Source: Ginkgo biloba (Eukaryota; Plantae; Ginkgophyta). From it: DNA of 16,330 bases. The notes beneath the pieces are model-generated. The model searched no databases. It was not told where the DNA came from and was given only the letters and a program-made list of their open reading frames with translations. Positions within the stretch are counted from its first letter, which is position 1, and each line of letters opens with the position of its first letter. The translations under genes were made by a program, and so were the position numbers. This document shows positions 10,497-16,330 of the stretch, one piece after another. Location: contig JANKJI020000004.1 in assembly GCA_024626585.2 (NCBI GenBank), positions 177,372,708 through 177,389,037 on the forward strand, written 5' to 3'.

Positions 10497-10592
10497 CTTG
10501 TTATTTGGGACCTGCATTTGAATTTGCTCCCCTCCAGATTGCACACTGCCAAATCCATGTGCAGCAAATGTACTTGAGCCCCCTGCATCTGC
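10497..10592 (-). CDS. Intact 96-nt exon of the FUBP-like KH gene (KH1-KH2 linker and start of KH2)
   Basis: Acceptor aatatgcAG (10594-10593) and donor AAG|GTGAGA (10496); phase 0-0. Encodes ADAGGSSTFAAHGFGSVQSGGEQIQMQVPNNK, followed by a 106-nt GT-AG intron. Confidence 0.8.
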
Positions 10593-11524
10593 CTGCATAT
10601 TATCCAACCAAAAATTTGTTCAAATCCTCCATATTCTATGATGCTATAATTGAACAGGTATACACACCCACCTGTAGGTGTTAATTGACATTTCATGAAT
10701 TTTACATTACTCTCAACTGATATATCACATATATATACTGTTCCTTTTGTATGACAAGAGCTAGGAAAAATTGATTACAAGCTAGCCACCAGCCAAACCA
10801 TTCCAGCCTACCTTTTAGAATGGAATAAGAAAGACAACCAGAGAAATATCACCAAGCTCAAGCACCAGATTGGAACAAAGCAATGTTTTCAGGACAACTC
10901 TAGGCCAGCTGTAGCTCAAAGTGAACAATGAACTGAGTGAAGCTAAATTGGTCCATCCAATGAAAATGTACTGAGTTGGAATAAATTTTGCTAATAGGAG
11001 CTCAACAATGCTCCATCAAGGATTACATACATCTTCACGCTTTAAAGGTGTTAAACCATGGTTGCAGAAATTTCACAAAGCGTCAAAGTCTGGATTTCTA
11101 AACAATACTGTGAATTCTGGCATTTCCATATTAAAAATGTTTACGTAAAAAAATCTCATGGTCCAAAGTTTATTTTGATGGTAAACTTTCAAAGAATTAA
11201 CATGTGCCTATCAGATGCAAAGTGTAGAAACTCTATACAAAATGAATTAACATTTAACATTATTAAAAATCAACAAAAAAATTTGGTGAAAGGTAATTAG
11301 TTAATTGAAGTTTTACCCCACATAATGTTTCATTTTACATCTAAACAGTATAACAAACCAGCACCTGTATCATGCACAGCACCACCACCTCAACAAGCAA
11401 TGTGAGAAGGCGAGCATGTCAATAAATGAATTTTCCTAAGATGTTGGACGACTCAAGCCTTAAGATTTAGACCTAGGTATATTAATTCTAGGGCTAGGGG
11501 CATATGGTAGGTACAACAAACTAC

Positions 11525-11759
11525 ATTGTTTTGGTAAGCCCCCACAGGCTTGTACACATGGATACCAGTCAAACTTTGCATTGGACCCGTCTTGTTTCAT
11601 TGCCCACGTTCCTACTCAGCATCCAGAAATGTTCCATACCAGTTTCAACCCCTTGCAACCATCCACTGCATGCAGAGTAGCACTCTAGGATGCACAGGCC
11701 AAAAAGCAACCAAACACATCCCAAAACCCCTTTTGAGTGCAAGGTGATCCAAACACAAT
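11525..11759. mobile_element. Possible Tourist-like MITE
   Basis: Imperfect terminal inverted repeats attgttttgg ... ccaaacacaat; ~235 bp; no clear TSD. Confidence 0.3.
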
Positions 11760-12264
11760 AGATCTTAACAGTTTCTAAACCTTGTCCACATTAGAACAAC
11801 CATCTCTAGGATGTGTTTCAAGTTAGCCACGAGTATTACGAATCCAAGCTGGTACCTTGCTACCATATTCCCCATCCACCTTACTAACTAATTTGCTAGT
11901 CTATAAGTCAATCACAGATTGCCTTTTTGCAAAATGCAAGTATGGGCCTCCAGAAATCCGATGAAGCCCAGGTTGGCTAATGCCATGACCTGTCATCAAA
12001 AAATATTAAATTCAATGACCCAGTTGTACAATCACATATTGTTATGCTTTTAGTTTCTAGATACCAGGATGCAACACTCTTGCTCCCACAATGGCTAATG
12101 TATGCTGGAAGACTGACATGACACTGTAACTGTTTAGTCATCGGTCACAGCTGAGTTGATATCCATTGTTCACCGGTCGCAGCAATGCTGGTCATCACAA
12201 CTTTTTCTTCAGTTGCAAGGATCTTGGTTGTCACGTCTTGAGTCAATAGTCACAACAGCTCTGA

Positions 12265-12712
12265 TGTTATGACCCTAATTAGCAATAATTACTAGTTAAT
12301 TAGTATTCTAACATTCATTAGCATGAATTAATAATTAGTCATTAACAGAATACTAAGCCAAGGGTCACATGATGAAGAGGCATAATGAGGAGGTGCCTCC
12401 CTTGACCTTTGTAACCTATATATAGGCCAGTCGGTCCACATTGTAATATCTCATCTCATATGATCATTACCTCTTTCTACTTCCTCTTCTTCTCAGAAGA
12501 AGACCTTTCTACTTTGCAAAGGAGGTGCTCCCAATTTAGATGGCATATTGTGGGTGGCAGGTGCCCTACATCCCTTCTTTGATTATGGATCACAGGTGCC
12601 CCAATATCCTAGATGGGTTATTTTTCTTATTTGATTATTATACATTTGTTCTTATTTATAAATTGTTAAATTTTTGTATTTTATTTAAGTAGTTCCCATT
12701 TGGGACACTATA
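12265..12712 (+). mobile_element. Putative solo LTR
   Basis: Starts TGTTATGACCC and ends GGGACACTATA (imperfect inverted ends, last CA read as TA). Contains a TATA-like cctatatatagg (~12416) followed by a CT-rich tract. No matching TSD seen. Confidence 0.4.
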
Positions 12713-13409
12713 GAGTTGTACTGCAGTAGATACATTTACGTACGTTCAACAAGATGTCGTATGTCTCGTACATCTAAATTATACTCCTTAAGATTGTCTT
12801 CTATGATGGTTTCAACTTTGGAATTTTTATCTTCATTGTATAATTTTCTTGAATTCTATGTAGTATGGTCCCATATATTGCCCATTTAATTATGCAGTAA
12901 GAAACTTCTTTGAGGCTTGAGAGGCATGTAAATGGATTTTTGAATTGATATGTATAGAACTCTTCTTGGATACTAAGGACTTCTACATGTGGTTACATGA
13001 ATCTTATTATTAATTTTCCTTTATTAATTTTTTTTCTTTTCTTTTTAATTGCCGATTGCAAGAAACGATTGATGAATAGTTGCATTCGGAGGTTGGAATC
13101 GATGCGTCACTCGAAAGAGAGTTATGAGACACACCAATTCGAAACCTATGGAGGAGTTTCACATGATTACACTCGGTTCAAACGGAGCTCTAGATGCGAA
13201 TCTATTGTTGGAATTTGTTATAGACAAATTTTCAAACTGCTTTTCTTTTATATACATATATTTCTTGCTCTATCCAAACCCACGCAGGACATGATAGTCA
13301 TAGTGGTCANNNNNNNNNNNNNNNNNNNNNNNNNNNNNNNNNNNNNNNNNNNNNNNNNNNNNNNNNNNNNNNNNNNNNNNNNNNNNNNNNNNNNNNNNNN
13401 NNNNNNNNN

Positions 13410-14600
13410 CCGTAGCTCTGTTTTTCGTCCTCCCAGTCTCGTTTTGAAGATAATAGAGAATTCTACAACTTTTCCCTCTTGGACCAACAATTGAATATGT
13501 ACAAATTTTGCCTAGTTTTGACTGCAAGTTGATTGTTCTAAAAAAGACAGAAAACAAGTTTGGATCCAAAAATGGATCAACCACTCGTATTCTTTTTCCG
13601 TTATTAATAAAACATGTCATCTATTGGTCGTTACAGGTTCATTCCATTGTTGCTACCCTCTTGGATCCTCCCTAAAGCTCAAAATTGATCGTCGCCCCTT
13701 CAGGACCAGTCAGGATCCCTTTTATTTGATTAATCATCCTCAATCGTTTTCGAGATGGTTGAAGCCCCCTTTCGTGTCATAAGGCCTGAATGCATGAAAA
13801 TCCTATGATGGGGCCTTATTGGTCAAAATTCCCTCTCTACATCTATAAATTGGGTTCCAAAAATGACCCAAGGGAGGCAATTGGTTCATGTAGGGTTATG
13901 ACGCCAAAATTCCTTTAGAAGCACTATGTACAAGCTCTATCACAATGGCTTTTGCCTGATTCTTCAGCTCCTACCCTCAGCGCTTCCTCAATTTTGGGAG
14001 GCCTACCTTGTTNNNNNNNNNNNCAAATCCTCCTCAACTTGCCTTGAACTCTTGTTCCTAATTTTGTCCAATACTCGAACCATCATATTGAAGGATTTCC
14101 ACGGGCTCAACGGTCTTCTCTCCACCTTTGGATCCTGATGTTGGATTTGGAGTTGAAGAAGGAAGTCAACGAGAGTTGTAGTGTTTTTTGGGCTTGTTCA
14201 GTTAGCTTTACAACCCGCCATTGCCCCATCAACTCAGGTGTGATTGTTTCGAACTTAATTTGTACTCTTTTCTTTATTTAAAAGAAAATTGAAATGTGGA
14301 AAGAAGCAATTGAAATTGAAGTCGAGTTAAAGTCTAAATTTTCTACTGTTTTGGTTTGCTTTTCTCTGTACTCTAAAAGGATTTGCCTATTAGGGTTAGG
14401 GTTAGGGTTGCCTGTAGCAACCCCTAATTGTCCCCCTTACGGATTGATGGGAATGAAATCCAGTTGCTCGTTGGATTTCAAACCCATTGCTATCCTCAAT
14501 TGACAGCAAAGTCTGTTTGGGAAAGAGTAATCATCCTCATTGGTCGCCTCTTCCTCTATTCTTGAGGAAATTGCATGTCCTTCTAAGGTTATGTTTCGAT
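13410..14600 (-). mobile_element. Probable degenerate LTR-retrotransposon sequence
   Basis: Carries a copy of the AAAGTTGTAG...CGAAAAAC..AGCTACG motif (13473-13410) also seen at 15651-15713; the rest is stop-ridden and unassigned. Confidence 0.3.
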
Positions 14601-15589
14601 TTCCTTATTTTATTTCAAATTGCTTTGCATTTGTGTTTAAAAGAAAAAGAAAAGATTCCATTTATTTTGTTTTCATGTCTAAGCTGTAGCCAAAAATCAG
14701 ATTCTTTAACCTNNNNNNNNNNNNNNNNNNTTCCCCTCTTTCACGGCACGCTCACATTGCACCCAAGACTCTTGTTGCATATAGGGGTTCTTTTGCCCCT
14801 TTCTTGTAGCAACGTAGTTGCTTACTGTCCTACTGTCGCCAGTATAGTTGTTTATTGTTGGCAAGATAGTCCCTTGTTGTCCTAATGTTACTGGAATTGT
14901 TGTTTGTGTCCTACGAGCAAGATTGTGTAGGTGTTGGGTGTCTTCTACTCATTTACCTTTGTTCAAATTTATTGGAAAGGGAGAAGAAAAGGAAAAAGGG
15001 AAAGAGATGATTATTTTTTAATCCNNNNNNNNNNNNNNNNNNNNNNNNNNNNNNNNNNNNNNNNNNNNNNNNNNNNNNNNNNNNNNNNNNNNNNNNNNNN
15101 NNNNNNNNNNNNNNNNNNNNNNNNACTGGATTCCCCATTATCGAATAGGATTTCAACATAATCTTCTTTATTGGTGACTGGTGGTTCGTCCTAAACAATG
15201 TTAATATGGTAGCAACTTTGCAGAGTGGCAACTTCATATGCTTCTTACAGCCAATAAAGCATGTGTTCGAACATAAAATCATCGTTGTCACCTTGAATTT
15301 CGCTGTGCGGATCAAGTTCATGCTAATCCTTGCTTACAACTGTGAGTGTATCTTGAATAACTTGGTAGATTGATTCGGAGTAAGAACTGGTCGTAGCTTC
15401 AATAGGAATGGTTGTTCTTAAAGTTGTGTCTTGATTATTGGTTGGTTTGAAAAAATCATCATCCATCACCTTCTCGACTCGAGGTCCACCTGATACTAAT
15501 GGAATCTTAATGCACATACCATTGCCATTAAGTGAATGTCCTTTTCTGATATGTTTTCGGATCTAAATTGATTCTGTTATTTTTCAAGT

Positions 15590-16330
15590 TAGTCAGTTTG
15601 CAGAAAAAACTGGGCAAAATCCGTACATTTTCATCTCATGATCGATGAATGAAAGTTGTAGCCTTGTCCGTCAACTTTGAAATGGTACCAAGAGTGCGAA
15701 AAACGAAGCTACGGGTTAAAAGTTATGTTCATTTTAGTGGTTGCCTGTCATTTTGGCAAACGGACCATGTTGTTTAACAAACAGATTAGTGTTGTTCGAC
15801 GAACATAACAGAGTCGTTCGACGAACAGACTAATGTCATTCGACGAACAGACTAGTGTCATTTGACAAACAAACTAGTGTTGCTCGACGAACATAATAGA
15901 GTCATTCAACAAACGGATAGAGTCATTCGACGAACATAACAGGGTTGTTCGACGAACATAACAGAGTTGTTCGACGAACGAAGAGCAAAAACAGACAAAA
16001 CAACCAACTATATTTTGACNNNNNNNNNNNNNNNNNNNNNNNNNNNNNNNNNNNNNNNNNNNNNNNNNNNNNNNNNNNNNGCTCACCAAAATTAAGGTCA
16101 AAGCAAATCCGTTTACCCCTCAAAAGTGGGAATTACAAAAAAACGTATTTTGTTAATACGTCAATGATCGAGCAATTTCAGAAGTTGAATTTTGGACGGT
16201 ATCACGCTGGCATCTATCTCCACCATCCCTCCAAAAATCAGATCCTAAATCAACCATTTTGGCATCCAAAACGTCAAGAGTCTCTTTGGCAGTTTTTTGG
16301 AAAAGGAATTCCAAGGGACAGAATAGAAAA
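15590..16330. mobile_element. Probable LTR or non-coding region of an LTR retrotransposon
   Basis: GAAAGTTGTAG...GCTACG..AAAAGTTATG motif followed by a CG-rich palindromic tandem array, an arrangement typical of plant LTR-element regulatory regions. Confidence 0.5.
15767..15984. repeat. 22-bp tandem minisatellite, 10 units, with palindromic core GTTCG-A-CGAAC
   Basis: Units start at 15767, 15789, 15811, 15833, 15855, 15877, 15899, 15920, 15942 and 15964; consensus GWGTYRTTCGACGAACAKAMYA. Confidence 0.92.

Noticed and set aside
14931-14990. FYSFTFVQI after an AG, resembling SLC4 FTxxQ; also SVWERVIIL near 14513
   Set aside because: The flanking residues do not fit (basic instead of hydrophobic, early stops); likely chance matches.
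15767-15984. CRISPR-like appearance of the palindromic repeat array
   Set aside because: Units are contiguous with no unique spacers, there are no cas genes, and the context is a eukaryotic TE.

Overview
AT-rich land-plant nuclear DNA from a draft assembly with many N gaps; not prokaryotic. Most of the window is decayed retroelement debris (copia RT, gypsy gag and protease, LINE zf-RVT, LTR-like pieces) plus microsatellites. There are three host-gene signals. (1) A clean + strand exon (1777-1974) of an SLC4 anion transporter that resembles Band 3/AE-type exchangers more than plant BOR exporters. (2) An intron-containing fragment of a FUBP-like two-KH-domain gene on the - strand (10592-10372). 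(3) About 1.6 kb downstream on the same strand, a processed (intronless) copy of that gene (~8815-7137). Its 5' half is dead: an internal deletion removes KH1 and six stops interrupt the linker/KH2 segment. Its 3' half, a ~388-codon Q/G/S/Y prion-like region with decapeptide repeats, is free of stops wherever it is sequenced. This asymmetry suggests a rebuilt gene that kept the low-complexity domain. All family assignments come from motif recognition by eye, not database searches.
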